Source: Hyphomicrobiales bacterium (GTDB taxonomy: Bacteria > Pseudomonadota > Alphaproteobacteria > Rhizobiales > JAJFHB01). From it: a stretch of DNA of 64,000 nt. Shown here one piece after another: positions 30,645 through 40,508 of this stretch. The stretch is from positions 49,839 through 113,838 of the forward strand of contig JAJFHE010000015.1 of NCBI GenBank assembly GCA_021775755.1, read 5' to 3'. Position 1 is the stretch's first letter, and each line of letters begins with the position of its first letter. The notes beneath the pieces were generated by a model. The model saw nothing but the letters and a program-made list of their open reading frames with translations, was not told the origin of the DNA and did not search any database. The position numbers were made by a program, and so were the translations under genes.

Positions 30645-31448
30645 ATGAGCGACGAAAAAGCCAAAGACCCGTGCCCGCCTGAAAACCAGGCCGCCACTGC
30701 GGCGGGCGAGAACCCGGCGCCCGTCGATACACCAGCCGATGTGTCCGGGGATACGCCCGGGGATGCAGCTGGCGCTCCGGCTGCCGACGAGACGCCCGAC
30801 CCCTTCGCCGTGCTCGAAGCGCTGCAGAGTGAAAACGAGGAGCTGAAGGACCGGCTTTTGCGCACCATCGCGGAGACGGAAAATCTGCGCCGCCGGATGG
30901 ACCGCGAGAAGGAAGAAGCGCGCAAGTTTGCCGCCAGCGCCTTTGCCCGAGACATGCTGAGCGTCGGCGACAACATGGCGCGCGCGGTGCAGAGCGTCAG
31001 CGACGAAGCCCGCGAGGGCGCGGACGAATCCGTCCAGACCCTGATCACCGGCGTTGAAATGACCGAACGCGAGCTGCTCTCGGTGTTTGAAAAGCACGGC
31101 ATTTCGCGCATCGAGCCGACAGGCGAAAAATTCGACCCGAACTTCCATCAGGCAATGTTCGAGATGGAAAACGTGGATGTGCCTTCCGGTACCGTCTTGG
31201 AGGTCGTGCAGGCCGGCTATGTCATCGGCGAGCGCGTCATTCGCCCGGCCATGGTCGCGGTGTCGAAAGGCGGACCCAAAGGCGCACCCAAAGCCGGGCC
31301 GAAGGCGGCACCGGCAGCCGATGCCGCCGAACCTGACGCGGCGAAGGAATCACCCGCCGATGCGCGTCAGGCGGCGCATTCGCATGAAGAGACCGCCCAG
31401 GCGAAAACGCAACCCGATGCAGGCGGCACCGTCGACCGGAGTGCCTGA
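30645..31448 (+). CDS. grpE: Nucleotide exchange factor GrpE
   Basis: AETENLRRR, FDPNFHQAM, GYVIGERVIRPAMVAV; Pro/Ala-rich extensions at both ends. Confidence 0.96.
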   Translation: MSDEKAKDPCPPENQAATAAGENPAPVDTPADVSGDTPGDAAGAPAADETPDPFAVLEALQSENEELKDRLLRTIAETENLRRRMDREKEEARKFAASAFARDMLSVGDNMARAVQSVSDEAREGADESVQTLITGVEMTERELLSVFEKHGISRIEPTGEKFDPNFHQAMFEMENVDVPSGTVLEVVQAGYVIGERVIRPAMVAVSKGGPKGAPKAGPKAAPAADAAEPDAAKESPADARQAAHSHEETAQAKTQPDAGGTVDRSA

Positions 31449-31454
31449 CAAACT

Positions 31455-32072
31455 CTACGGCCTGACCCGCCGCAGGGTCAGATTGATGCGCCCGCCGCCC
31501 TCGATCAGGGTGGAGGAGCCTGCCAAAATCCGGTCAACGCCGTGGTAGCGCAGCCTTGACGGGCCGGCCAGGACGACAACATCTCCCGAATGCAATGTGA
31601 GCGAGCGTGTTGGGTCTTTGCGCGTGAGGCCGCCAATGCGGAATTTACAGGATTCCCCGAGCGATACGGAGACAACCGGCGCTTCGTAAGTTTCCTCGTC
31701 TTCATCGCGATGCAGTCCGAGTTTCGGATTGTCTCCGCGGTAAACGTTGATGAGGCAGCATTCAGGGTCGCCCGGATACTGCGAAAACCTGTGCCAGACG
31801 TCCAAAATCTCGGCAGGCATGGCGGGCCAGGGCGCATCCGTCACCGGGTGGCGGGCCTGATAGCGGTAGCCTTCACGGTCCGATACCCAGCCCAGAGAAC
31901 CGGCATTGGTCATTTCAATGGAGAACGGCCGCCCCGAGCGCGGCATTTCCGGCCGGTAAAAGGGTGCCGCGCGAATGACATTTTGCACTGCAGCAAGAAG
32001 AATCTCCTGCGCTGTGCGCTCAAGCGCGCCGGGCAACAGCCTTAACCCTTCATTAACCAGATTGGCCTGCAT
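31455..32072 (-). CDS. alkB: AlkB alpha-ketoglutarate/Fe(II) dioxygenase
   Basis: GWVSDREGYRY, CLINVY, HxD in LHRDEDE, YHGVDR, RINLTLR; divergent from dnaK. Confidence 0.92.
   Translation of the reverse strand: MQANLVNEGLRLLPGALERTAQEILLAAVQNVIRAAPFYRPEMPRSGRPFSIEMTNAGSLGWVSDREGYRYQARHPVTDAPWPAMPAEILDVWHRFSQYPGDPECCLINVYRGDNPKLGLHRDEDEETYEAPVVSVSLGESCKFRIGGLTRKDPTRSLTLHSGDVVVLAGPSRLRYHGVDRILAGSSTLIEGGGRINLTLRRVRP
32042..32057. promoter_or_regulatory. CtrA-binding consensus
   Basis: TTAA-CCCTTCA-TTAAC is an exact TTAA-N7-TTAAC, inside the first codons of alkB. Confidence 0.6.
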
Positions 32073-32135
32073 TGCCTCAAACCACGCGGTTTCTTGAAAA
32101 AAGCGCCATTTTCATGCGTTTTGACGCGGCAAACG

Positions 32136-32164
32136 CTTGATGTGACGGCGTCACAAACTTATAT
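32136..32164 (+). promoter_or_regulatory. RpoH (sigma32) promoter for dnaK
   Basis: CTTGAT-N16-CTTATAT about 130 bp upstream of the dnaK ATG. Confidence 0.7.
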
Positions 32165-32292
32165 AAACGGCGACACTTCGCAATGCATCATATTCCGCTG
32201 GAGACCGGCCCCTGGCTTGTGCGAAGGAGACAGGGCGCGAAGGGTGCTTTAGACAAGGCCCAAAGAGCGGTCTGCCGAAGAGGAGGTTTACT

Positions 32293-34236
32293 ATGGCCAA
32301 AGTCATTGGCATTGATCTTGGCACGACAAATTCGTGTGTCGCTGTCATGGAGGGCAAAGACCCCAAGATTATCGAAAATACCGAAGGCGCGCGGACAACG
32401 CCGTCGATGGTCGCCTTTACCGAAGACGAGGAAATTCTCGTCGGCCAGCCGGCAAAACGCCAGGCGGTCACCAATCCCGACAATACGATTTTTGCGATCA
32501 AGCGGCTGATCGGCCGCCGCCACGACGATCCCATGGTCAAGAAGGACAAGAAGCTTGTTCCCTACCAGATCGTCAAGGCAGACAACGGCGATGCGTGGGT
32601 CGAAGCGCACGGCGAGAAGTACGCGCCATCGCAGATTTCCGCCTACATTCTGCAGAAGATGAAGGAGACCGCGGAGCGCTCGCTCGGTGAGACCATCACT
32701 GAAGCGGTGATCACGGTTCCGGCCTACTTCAACGATTCCCAGCGTCAGGCCACCAAGGACGCCGGCAAGATTGCCGGTCTCGAAGTGCTGCGCATCATCA
32801 ATGAACCGACCGCGGCGGCACTCGCCTACGGCCTCGACAAGAAAGACGGCACGACGATTGCCGTCTACGACCTTGGCGGCGGCACGTTCGACGTCTCCAT
32901 TCTTGAGCTCGGCGACGGTGTGTTCGAAGTGAAATCGACCGATGGCGACACGTTCCTCGGCGGTGAGGACTTCGACATGCGGATCGTCGATTACCTCGCG
33001 GAAGAGTTCAACAAGGAAAACGGCATCAATCTGCGCGGCGACAACATGGCCCTGCAACGCCTCAAGAAAGCAGCTGAAGACGCCAAGATCGAACTGTCGT
33101 CCTCGCAGCAGACCGAGATCAACCTGCCGTTCATCACCGCGGATCAGTCCGGTCCGAAGCACCTGACCATGAAGCTGACGCGGGCGAAGCTTGAATCGCT
33201 CGTCGACGATCTCGTGCAGAAGACCATTGCGCCGTGCAAATCGGCCCTCAAGGAAGCCGGCCTCAAGGCGGGTGAAATTGACGAGGTCGTGCTCGTCGGC
33301 GGCATGACGCGCATGCCCAGGGTCATCGAAACGGTGAAGAACTTCTTCGGCAAGGAGCCTCACAAGGGCGTCAATCCGGATGAGGTCGTGGCCGCCGGTG
33401 CTGCCATTCTCGCCGGTGTGCTCAAAGGCGATGTCAAGGACGTGCTGCTGCTCGATGTCACACCACTGTCGCTCGGCATCGAAACGCTGGGCGGGGTGTT
33501 TACCCGTCTGATCGACCGCAACACGACGATCCCGACGAAGAAGAGCCAGGTGTTCTCGACGGCAGAAGACAGCCAGACCGCGGTCACCATCCGGGTGCAC
33601 CAGGGCGAGCGCGAAATGGCATCCGACAACAAGCTGCTCGGGCAGTTCGACCTCGTCGGACTTCCGGCCGCGCCGCGCGGCACGCCGCAGATCGAAGTGA
33701 CCTTCGATATCGACGCCAACGGCATCGTCAACGTTGCGGCGCAGGACAAGGCGACGGGCAAGGAACAGACCATCCGTATCCAGGCATCTGGCGGTCTCAA
33801 CGACGACGAGATCGAAAAGATGGTTCAGGACGCCGAAGCGCATGCGGAAGAAGACAAGCAGCGCAAGGAACTCGTCGAGGCCAAGAACCAGGCCGAGGCG
33901 CTGATCCACTCGACGGAAAAAACGCTTGAGGACGCCGGCGACAAAGTGTCGGAGGCCGACAAGAGCACCATCGAGACGGCTGTCGCGGAACTGCGCGAAG
34001 CGATTGACGGCGAAGACCTCGATGTCACCGTCGTGCAGGAAAAAACCGAAGCTCTGGTCCAGGCTTCCATGAAGCTCGGCGAGTTGCTCTACCAAACGCA
34101 GCAGGCCGAGGCCGAGGCGGGCGAGAGCGACGAAGATGACAAAGACGATGGCGACGATGCAGGAGCAGAAGACGTTGTCGATGCCGACTTCGAGGAAGTC
34201 GACGACGACGCAGACGACGACAAAAAGTCGGCCTGA
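32293..34236 (+). CDS. dnaK: Chaperone DnaK (Hsp70)
   Basis: [45 protein letters not shown]; AGGAGG RBS. Confidence 0.99.
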   Translation: MAKVIGIDLGTTNSCVAVMEGKDPKIIENTEGARTTPSMVAFTEDEEILVGQPAKRQAVTNPDNTIFAIKRLIGRRHDDPMVKKDKKLVPYQIVKADNGDAWVEAHGEKYAPSQISAYILQKMKETAERSLGETITEAVITVPAYFNDSQRQATKDAGKIAGLEVLRIINEPTAAALAYGLDKKDGTTIAVYDLGGGTFDVSILELGDGVFEVKSTDGDTFLGGEDFDMRIVDYLAEEFNKENGINLRGDNMALQRLKKAAEDAKIELSSSQQTEINLPFITADQSGPKHLTMKLTRAKLESLVDDLVQKTIAPCKSALKEAGLKAGEIDEVVLVGGMTRMPRVIETVKNFFGKEPHKGVNPDEVVAAGAAILAGVLKGDVKDVLLLDVTPLSLGIETLGGVFTRLIDRNTTIPTKKSQVFSTAEDSQTAVTIRVHQGEREMASDNKLLGQFDLVGLPAAPRGTPQIEVTFDIDANGIVNVAAQDKATGKEQTIRIQASGGLNDDEIEKMVQDAEAHAEEDKQRKELVEAKNQAEALIHSTEKTLEDAGDKVSEADKSTIETAVAELREAIDGEDLDVTVVQEKTEALVQASMKLGELLYQTQQAEAEAGESDEDDKDDGDDAGAEDVVDADFEEVDDDADDDKKSA

Positions 34237-34244
34237 TCGCATCG

Positions 34245-34311
34245 GCGGAAAAATCAATGGCCCTCATCGGGAAAAGGCGCAGTGCCAATTTTCACGATGA
34301 GGGCTTTCCGC
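34245..34311 (+). terminator. Long stem-loop between dnaK and dnaJ (attenuator or mRNA-stabilising hairpin)
   Basis: GCCCTCATCG (34260-34269) pairs with CGATGAGGGC (34295-34304); outer GCGGAAA/TTTCCGC. Confidence 0.55.
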
Positions 34312-34398
34312 ATTCGGTTATAGTTACACTTTCGCGCGCCGGGAGCAGTTTGAGGCAACACTCCCGGCGACGCTTTTTTGGTGGGCTGGAGTAAATTC

Positions 34399-35535
34399 AT
34401 GTCGAAGCGCGATTTCTACGAAGTGCTCGGCGTTTCGAAAGACGCAGACGACAAGGCGCTGAAGAGCGCCTACCGCCAGCTCGCCAAGCAGTTCCACCCG
34501 GATGCCAATCCGGGCGACGGGCAGGCGGAAGCGAAATTCAAGGAAATCAACGAAGCCTACGAGATGCTCAAGGACCCGCAGAAGCGGGCGGCCTACGATC
34601 AGTTCGGCCATGCTGCGTTCGAAGGCGGCGGATTTGGCGGCGGACAGGGCTTCGGCGCTGATTTTTCCAGCTCCATGTCGGACATTTTCGAAGACCTGTT
34701 CGGCGAGTTCATGGGCGGGCGGCGCGGCGGCGGCGGACACGGCGGCGAACGCGGTTCGGACCTGCGCTACAATCTTGAGATCGATCTCGGCGATGCGTTT
34801 GAAGGCACCAGCACGCAGATCCACATACCAACCAGCGTCACCTGCGAACCCTGCTCGGGCTCCGGCGCCAAGCCCGGCAGCTCGCCGGCGACCTGCTCGA
34901 CCTGCGGCGGGCACGGCAAGGTGCGTGCGCAACAGGCATTCTTCACGATCGAACGCACCTGCCCGGCCTGCCACGGCCGCGGCCAGGTCATTTCCGATCC
35001 GTGCGACGAATGCTCGGGCGCCGGCCGCGTCACCAAGGAACGGACACTTTCGGTCAATATTCCAGCCGGCGTCGAAGACGGCACGCGCATCAGGCTCGCC
35101 GGCGAAGGCGAGGCCGGCATGCGCGGCGGCGTGGCGGGAGATCTCTATATTTTTCTGGCGCTCAGGCCGCACGATCTCTTCCAGCGCGACGGCGCCGACC
35201 TGTTCTGCCGCGTGCCCGTGGCGATGACGACGGCGGCGCTTGGCGGTCAGATCGAAGTGCCGACGGTGGACGGCAACCGGGCACGCGTGCAGATCCCCGA
35301 GGGCGCGCAAACCGAACGGCAGTTCCGTCTGCGCGGCAAAGGCATGCCGGTGCTGCGTTCCAAACAATATGGCGATCTTTACATCCAGGTCACGGTGGAA
35401 ACGCCGGTCAACCTGTCGCGCAAGCAAAAGCAGATTCTGGCTGACTTCGAGGAAGCCTCCGGAGAGGACAACAATCCGGAATCGGCGGGCTTCTTTGCAA
35501 AGGTCAAGGAATTCTGGGACGGCCTCAGCGACTGA
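34399..35535 (+). CDS. dnaJ: Chaperone DnaJ
   Basis: J-domain HPD, G/F region with DIFEDLF, four CxxCxGxG repeats. Confidence 0.98.
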   Translation: MSKRDFYEVLGVSKDADDKALKSAYRQLAKQFHPDANPGDGQAEAKFKEINEAYEMLKDPQKRAAYDQFGHAAFEGGGFGGGQGFGADFSSSMSDIFEDLFGEFMGGRRGGGGHGGERGSDLRYNLEIDLGDAFEGTSTQIHIPTSVTCEPCSGSGAKPGSSPATCSTCGGHGKVRAQQAFFTIERTCPACHGRGQVISDPCDECSGAGRVTKERTLSVNIPAGVEDGTRIRLAGEGEAGMRGGVAGDLYIFLALRPHDLFQRDGADLFCRVPVAMTTAALGGQIEVPTVDGNRARVQIPEGAQTERQFRLRGKGMPVLRSKQYGDLYIQVTVETPVNLSRKQKQILADFEEASGEDNNPESAGFFAKVKEFWDGLSD

Positions 35536-35565
35536 GGCAACATTCGAGGGGGAACGGTGCGAACC

Positions 35566-36150
35566 ATGAGCGACACACCGAAGATACTGGTTTTCGCCGG
35601 CAGCGCGCGCGATGCCTCCTTCAACAAGAAACTTGCGAAACTTTGCGCGGGCCTGCTCGAAGAAGAGGGCGCGGCTGTTACGTTCGTCGACCTCAAGGAC
35701 TATCCGATCCCACTTTACGACGGCGATCTTGAGGCAGGCGAGGGCCTGCCCGAACACGCGCGTACCTTGAAGCGCGCGTTCGCAGAACATGATGGGTTCA
35801 TGATCGCCGCACCGGAATATAACGGCTCGCTCACGCCGTTGATCAAGAACACAATCGACTGGCTGACGCGGCCGGGCCCTGACGACGACGACCTGCGGCC
35901 TGTCTATCGCGGCAAGACGGCGGCGCTTTGTTCAACGTCGCCCGGCGCGCTCGGCGGCCTGCGCGGCCTCATTCCGCTCAGGCTGCTGCTCAGCGGTATC
36001 GGCGTGCATGTGGTGCCGGACCAGCTCGCCATTGGCGGTGCAATGCAGGCCTTCACCGACGATGGCGCGCTTGCCGATGATGCCATGGCGGGACGCTTGC
36101 GCGATCTGGCCCGCTCGCTGATCGCAACGACACGCGCCCTCAACATTTGA
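35566..36150 (+). CDS. NADPH-dependent FMN reductase
   Basis: FAGSARDASFN, APEYNGS, KNTIDWLTR, SPGALGG. Confidence 0.9.
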   Translation: MSDTPKILVFAGSARDASFNKKLAKLCAGLLEEEGAAVTFVDLKDYPIPLYDGDLEAGEGLPEHARTLKRAFAEHDGFMIAAPEYNGSLTPLIKNTIDWLTRPGPDDDDLRPVYRGKTAALCSTSPGALGGLRGLIPLRLLLSGIGVHVVPDQLAIGGAMQAFTDDGALADDAMAGRLRDLARSLIATTRALNI

Positions 36151-36163
36151 ACGGAGAAGCCCG

Positions 36164-36448
36164 ATGAAAGGTTATTGGATTGCCCGCGTCACCGTAACCG
36201 ACCCCGACACCTACAAGCTCTATGCGGAAGCCGCACCGAAAGCGTTCAAGAAGTACAACGCCCAGGTACTGGCGCGTGGCGGCCAATGCGAACAGCTTGA
36301 AGGCGAGGGCCGGCCCCGCAATGTGGTCATCGAGTTTCCGACCTACGAGGATGCTCTGGCCTGCTACAACTCCGCTGAGTATCAGGCCGCACGCCAGCAC
36401 CGGGTTGAGGCAGGAGTTGCCGAGATTGTCGTGGTTGAAGGCGTGTAA
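36164..36448 (+). CDS. DUF1330 family protein
   Basis: MKGYWIA, LARGG, RNVVIEFP, YNSAEYQAA. Confidence 0.85.
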   Translation: MKGYWIARVTVTDPDTYKLYAEAAPKAFKKYNAQVLARGGQCEQLEGEGRPRNVVIEFPTYEDALACYNSAEYQAARQHRVEAGVAEIVVVEGV

Positions 36449-36499
36449 GCCACGCGATTGAGCGTCCTCAACGTCTGTGTGCGGTTCGTAAGCTCGCGG

Positions 36500-37534
36500 T
36501 CATCGCGTTGGATCATCTGAGATGCGTACCAATTGCTTGCCGAAGTTTTTGCCTGCGAGCAGGCCGATGAAGGTTGTTGGAACGTTCTCGATGCCATCGA
36601 CGATGTCTTCCTTGAAACGGACCTTTCCCTCTCTCACCCACCGGGCCATGTCGCGTGCAAAATCGCCATACATGTCCTCAAAATCGGTGACAATGAAACC
36701 CTGTGTGCGGAAGCGCTTGATCAGGGAATCGGTCAGGAAACCCGGCAGCCGGTCGGGACCGGGCGGCGTGTCGGCGACGTTGTAACGGGTAATGACACCG
36801 CACACGGGAATGCGTGCAAAGAAGTTGAGCAGCGGATAGACCGCATCGAACACCTTACCGCCGACATTCTCAAAGTAGACATCGATGCCGTCCGGGCAGG
36901 CTGCCGCCAGGGCCGCGGCGAGGTCATCGCGGCGGTGAGAGATGCAGTCATCAAAGCCGAGTTCGTTCCTGACGAAATCGCACTTTTCCGTGGTCCCCGC
37001 AATTCCGATCGTGCGGCAGCCCTTGAGTCGAGCGATTTGACCGACGGTTCCCCCCACCGGGCCGGATGCAGCGGCAACGACCACCGATTCGCCCGCCTTC
37101 GGCTCCCCGATGCGCAGCAATCCGCTATAGGCAGTCAGTCCCGGCATGCCGAGCACACCGAGCGACGCCGTTATCGGCGCCTGCGAAGGATCGAGTTTTC
37201 TAAGGTCCGTGCCGGGCGTCACGGCATAGTCCTGCCAGCCTCCATAGCCCAGCACAAAGTCGCCGGGGGAGAAATCCGGTGACCTCGACGCGACGACGAT
37301 GCCGACGGAACTACCACCCATGACGCCATCGATCGGCACGGGTTCAGCATAGGACTCGCCCGCGTTCATCCGGCCGCGATGGTATGGGTCGAGAGACAGG
37401 TATATGGCGCGGTAAAGCACTTCGCCCTCTCCTGGCTCAGGTACGGAGACTTCTACAAGACGGAAGTTTTGCGCGGTCGGCACACCCTCCGGGCGAGATG
37501 CAAGCAGAATCTGGCGGTTGAGGTCTTGGGTCAT
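36500..37534 (-). CDS. NADP-dependent oxidoreductase (CurA/prostaglandin reductase-like, MDR family)
   Basis: LASRPEG, YLSLDPY, LGMPGLTAY, AASGPVG, GIDVYFENVGG, GKNFGK; ATG 37534. Confidence 0.9.
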   Translation of the reverse strand: MTQDLNRQILLASRPEGVPTAQNFRLVEVSVPEPGEGEVLYRAIYLSLDPYHRGRMNAGESYAEPVPIDGVMGGSSVGIVVASRSPDFSPGDFVLGYGGWQDYAVTPGTDLRKLDPSQAPITASLGVLGMPGLTAYSGLLRIGEPKAGESVVVAAASGPVGGTVGQIARLKGCRTIGIAGTTEKCDFVRNELGFDDCISHRRDDLAAALAAACPDGIDVYFENVGGKVFDAVYPLLNFFARIPVCGVITRYNVADTPPGPDRLPGFLTDSLIKRFRTQGFIVTDFEDMYGDFARDMARWVREGKVRFKEDIVDGIENVPTTFIGLLAGKNFGKQLVRISDDPTR

Positions 37535-37575
37535 GTGAAATGCTCCACTCCTGCCGTGTGTCGTGGCGTGGCCGT

Positions 37576-38457
37576 TCAGCCGGTTTCGATGGGCAGGCTT
37601 TCGTCTGTCGCCCACTCGCTCATGGAATTGTCATAGACCGAAATGTCGCGATAGCCGAGCTGATACAGAACGAATGCGTCCACTGTGGCGGCAATCCCAC
37701 CGCCACAGTAGGCGATGACCGCCTTGTCTGGACCGGCGCCGACGGCGGTGAACTTCTGCCGTGTTGTGTCGGCCGGGTGTATTTTCAACGTCTCAGGATC
37801 AAGCAGCGCCGCCGCCGGTACGTTAACGCTGCCCGGCAGCCGTCCCGGCCGCCCATAACGCGCATTCTCGCCGTTGTGCAGGCTGGGTGAAAGGGCATTG
37901 ACGGTACAGATGCTAGATCCTCCGATAGCTGCCAGCACATCGCGCTTGCCGACGAACAGGCCGGGCCTCGGGCTGATCGACAACTTGCCGGAAGGGTAGC
38001 TGCATCGCAGCGTCGAAACGGGCCGGCCCTCTGCAATCCATGCGTCATAGCAACCGTCCAGCACCGCCGCATTGTCGAAACCGAGCCACCGAAGCATCCA
38101 CCAGAACCGGGTCGCGCATTGCATATTCTTGCGCGCGTAGAGCACGAAACGGTTGCTATCGGACACGCCGTGACGCTCAAAGGCGTCGGCCACATCGCGC
38201 GGTGATGGCAGCGTGAAGTGGTAGGGGCTTTGGCGGTGAGAAAAATTCCCCTGCAGATCGAGATGACCAGAGCCTGGAATATGGCCCACGTCATGATCGG
38301 CGGCGCCGCAGACGACATGATAGGGCTGGCCAGTGCCGGTTTCGTAGACGAGATTGAATGTGCAATCGAAGATACGCAAGTTTGGGTCTGAGAGATGCGT
38401 CTCAAGCCAGTCCGTCGAAACCAGTGCGTTTGGATCGTCAAATTTCGGATTGCCCAT
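37576..38457 (-). CDS. Tandem-domain sulfurtransferase (rhodanese/SseA family)
   Basis: LVSTDWL, GHIPGS, GRLPGS, active-site loop YCGGGIAA, YDNSMSEW; GAGG RBS before ATG 38457. Confidence 0.9.
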   Translation of the reverse strand: MGNPKFDDPNALVSTDWLETHLSDPNLRIFDCTFNLVYETGTGQPYHVVCGAADHDVGHIPGSGHLDLQGNFSHRQSPYHFTLPSPRDVADAFERHGVSDSNRFVLYARKNMQCATRFWWMLRWLGFDNAAVLDGCYDAWIAEGRPVSTLRCSYPSGKLSISPRPGLFVGKRDVLAAIGGSSICTVNALSPSLHNGENARYGRPGRLPGSVNVPAAALLDPETLKIHPADTTRQKFTAVGAGPDKAVIAYCGGGIAATVDAFVLYQLGYRDISVYDNSMSEWATDESLPIETG

Positions 38458-38539
38458 TCGATACATCCTCATGCTCAAAGTGATTTCACCGCGGTTGCAA
38501 GCTCCGGCAAATTCGGCGGGGGCCGATAGGCTTGGTGTG

Positions 38540-38790
38540 TTCGATCTGATCACATCGTTCGATGCCGTTCACGACATGGCTGATCCGCAAGCCATGCTGA
38601 ATGCTGTCCGGCTGGTCCTTGAAGCCGGGTGGTCTCGCATGATGCAGGATATTCGCGGATCGGCCCAGTTTGTAAACAACATGGATGTTCCGTTTGCCAC
38701 TCCGCTTTACACGATTTCGTGCATGCACAGCACGCCGATCCCGCTCGGTCAGAGGGGTGACGGACAACGCGTAGGCGAGGAAGCCGCGCT
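38540..38790 (+). pseudogene. C-terminal remnant of a class I SAM-dependent methyltransferase (Rv2258c-like)
   Basis: FDLITSFDAVHDMADPQAML...QDIRGS...NN...LYTISCMH...LGQRGDG...GEE resembles the C-terminal third of that family; no SAM-binding N-terminus upstream. Confidence 0.6.
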
Positions 38791-38869
38791 GTTCAACAAA
38801 CGGCACGGTTCCCGTCAGCCGTGCTACAAAGGCATCCTCCGGCGACGTGCCACAATGTCGAGTTGTTCA

Positions 38870-40486
38870 ATGAATGAGCCGGGCCTCAATGTTCTGATCA
38901 CCAACATTGTCATGTCGGGACGCTCGGGGACGGAGATCGTCACCCGCGATCTGGCCCTCGGTCTCGCTCGCGCCGGACATAATCCGACCGTCTATACCCA
39001 GCGCATCGGTCCGATCGGCGAAGAGCTGAAGGACCATTCGATACCGGTGACAACATCCATTGACGGGATCGGCGAACCGCCCGACATCATTCACGCGCAC
39101 CATACTCCCGTCGCCGCCGTCGCTGTTACCCGCTTTCCCGATGTCCCCGCCGTGTTTCTCGCGCATGACTTTGTGACCTGGCATGACACGCCGCCGATAT
39201 TTACACCGATCCGGCGATATCTCGCTGTCGATACAACGGTCGCGGAGCGGCTGTACGGCGATCCCGCGGTTGCTGACGACACAGTTGAAGTTGTTTTAAA
39301 CGCCGTCGACATGGCGCGTTTTCCGGTCGGTCCGCCGCTGCCGTCAAGGCCCGAGAAAGCACTGGCCTTTGCAAAAAACCGGGGCCATGTCGCCGCTATC
39401 AAAGCCGCGTGCGATCAGCGCGACATTTCGCTGGATGTCGTTGGCGCCGCCGTCGGCCGGATTATCGAGGCACCTGAAGAAACCTTGCAGCAATACGATC
39501 TGGTCTTCACCTCGGCATTGAGCGCGATCGAGGCGATGGCCTGCGGCAGAGCAGTGATTGTTTGCGACGGCAGGGGGCTTGCAGGGCTGGTGACACCGCA
39601 GCGTTTTGAGGCCTGGAGGCCTATGAACTTTGGGTTGCGCACTTTGTCGCGGCCGGTCACGGCCACGGATCTGGTTAGCGAAATTGACGGCTATGACCCG
39701 GTTGCATCGTCGGAGGTATGCCGCCTCATCAGACAGGATGCGGATACCACGAAATGGATTGCCCGCTTCCTCGCGCTCTACAAAACGGTGATAGCCGAAC
39801 ACCGCGATGACACTGCCACATCAGGAAACATCGCCACCGAAGCCTCGCGCCATCTGGAAAAATGGGCTCCGACCTATAACCGGCACTGGCCTTGGATGGT
39901 TGAGCGCAACACCCTCCTGGAGAGAATCGGGCGGCTTACGGGCGAAACACTTAAGCCGCAGCTGCCGGGCAAACCCATCTCGTTTGCAAACAGTGCTGAC
40001 CGGCAATTTTATGAGCTGGTCCGCGGCTTCTCTGAACCCGGCGCCGACGGGGTCTGGACAGTGGCGGATAGCGCCGTCCTGATCGTGCGCGTGCCGTCCG
40101 TAGAAGAAGACGCTGAGGCAGTGTTTGAAGTGTCGGTTGACCAGCCGCGCGGGATCGCCGGCCTGGCGGTCGACATTATGATTGATGGGAAAACACTCAC
40201 AAACTGGTCGTTTGCCGGCGACGCCGGGGGATCGCCAGAATTCCAGACGGTGCAATTGCGAGGTGAGATGGCGCGGCACAATCAGCTGCTGGCGATTGAG
40301 TTTCGTGTGGCAGAACAGCTTGCGCTGGAAGAACAGGTGGCCGGCAACAGCGGTGAACCGTTCAGGATCAAGTTCGTTTCGTTGACATTTCAACCGCTCG
40401 AGGCGCTGCCGGTAACCGAACCTTTGCGCGGACCGAAGTGGCGAAGGGCTGTGGAACAGCTTTTCGGCCGGTACCGCGACCTCTAG
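38870..40486 (+). CDS. GT-B (GT4-like) glycosyltransferase with extra C-terminal beta domain
   Basis: VLITN...RSGTE...LALGLARAGH, PDIIHAHH, VLNAVD, IEAMACGRAVIV; C-terminal GFSEPGADGVWT module. ATG 38870 preferred over the track start 38354. Confidence 0.8.
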   Translation: MNEPGLNVLITNIVMSGRSGTEIVTRDLALGLARAGHNPTVYTQRIGPIGEELKDHSIPVTTSIDGIGEPPDIIHAHHTPVAAVAVTRFPDVPAVFLAHDFVTWHDTPPIFTPIRRYLAVDTTVAERLYGDPAVADDTVEVVLNAVDMARFPVGPPLPSRPEKALAFAKNRGHVAAIKAACDQRDISLDVVGAAVGRIIEAPEETLQQYDLVFTSALSAIEAMACGRAVIVCDGRGLAGLVTPQRFEAWRPMNFGLRTLSRPVTATDLVSEIDGYDPVASSEVCRLIRQDADTTKWIARFLALYKTVIAEHRDDTATSGNIATEASRHLEKWAPTYNRHWPWMVERNTLLERIGRLTGETLKPQLPGKPISFANSADRQFYELVRGFSEPGADGVWTVADSAVLIVRVPSVEEDAEAVFEVSVDQPRGIAGLAVDIMIDGKTLTNWSFAGDAGGSPEFQTVQLRGEMARHNQLLAIEFRVAEQLALEEQVAGNSGEPFRIKFVSLTFQPLEALPVTEPLRGPKWRRAVEQLFGRYRDL

Positions 40487-40508
40487 CCGCGCTCGCCGCA
40501 TTGAGCGG

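Noticed and set aside
29456-32292. CIRCE operator near hrcA, grpE or dnaK
   Set aside because: No TTAGCACTC-N9-GAGTGCTAA match seen; consistent with alphaproteobacteria, where CIRCE is mainly at groESL.
32188-35790. 689-aa and 488-aa minus-strand ORFs opposite dnaK and dnaJ
   Set aside because: Antisense shadows typical of GC-rich, biased genes; the dnaK antisense frame is a well-known spurious ORF.
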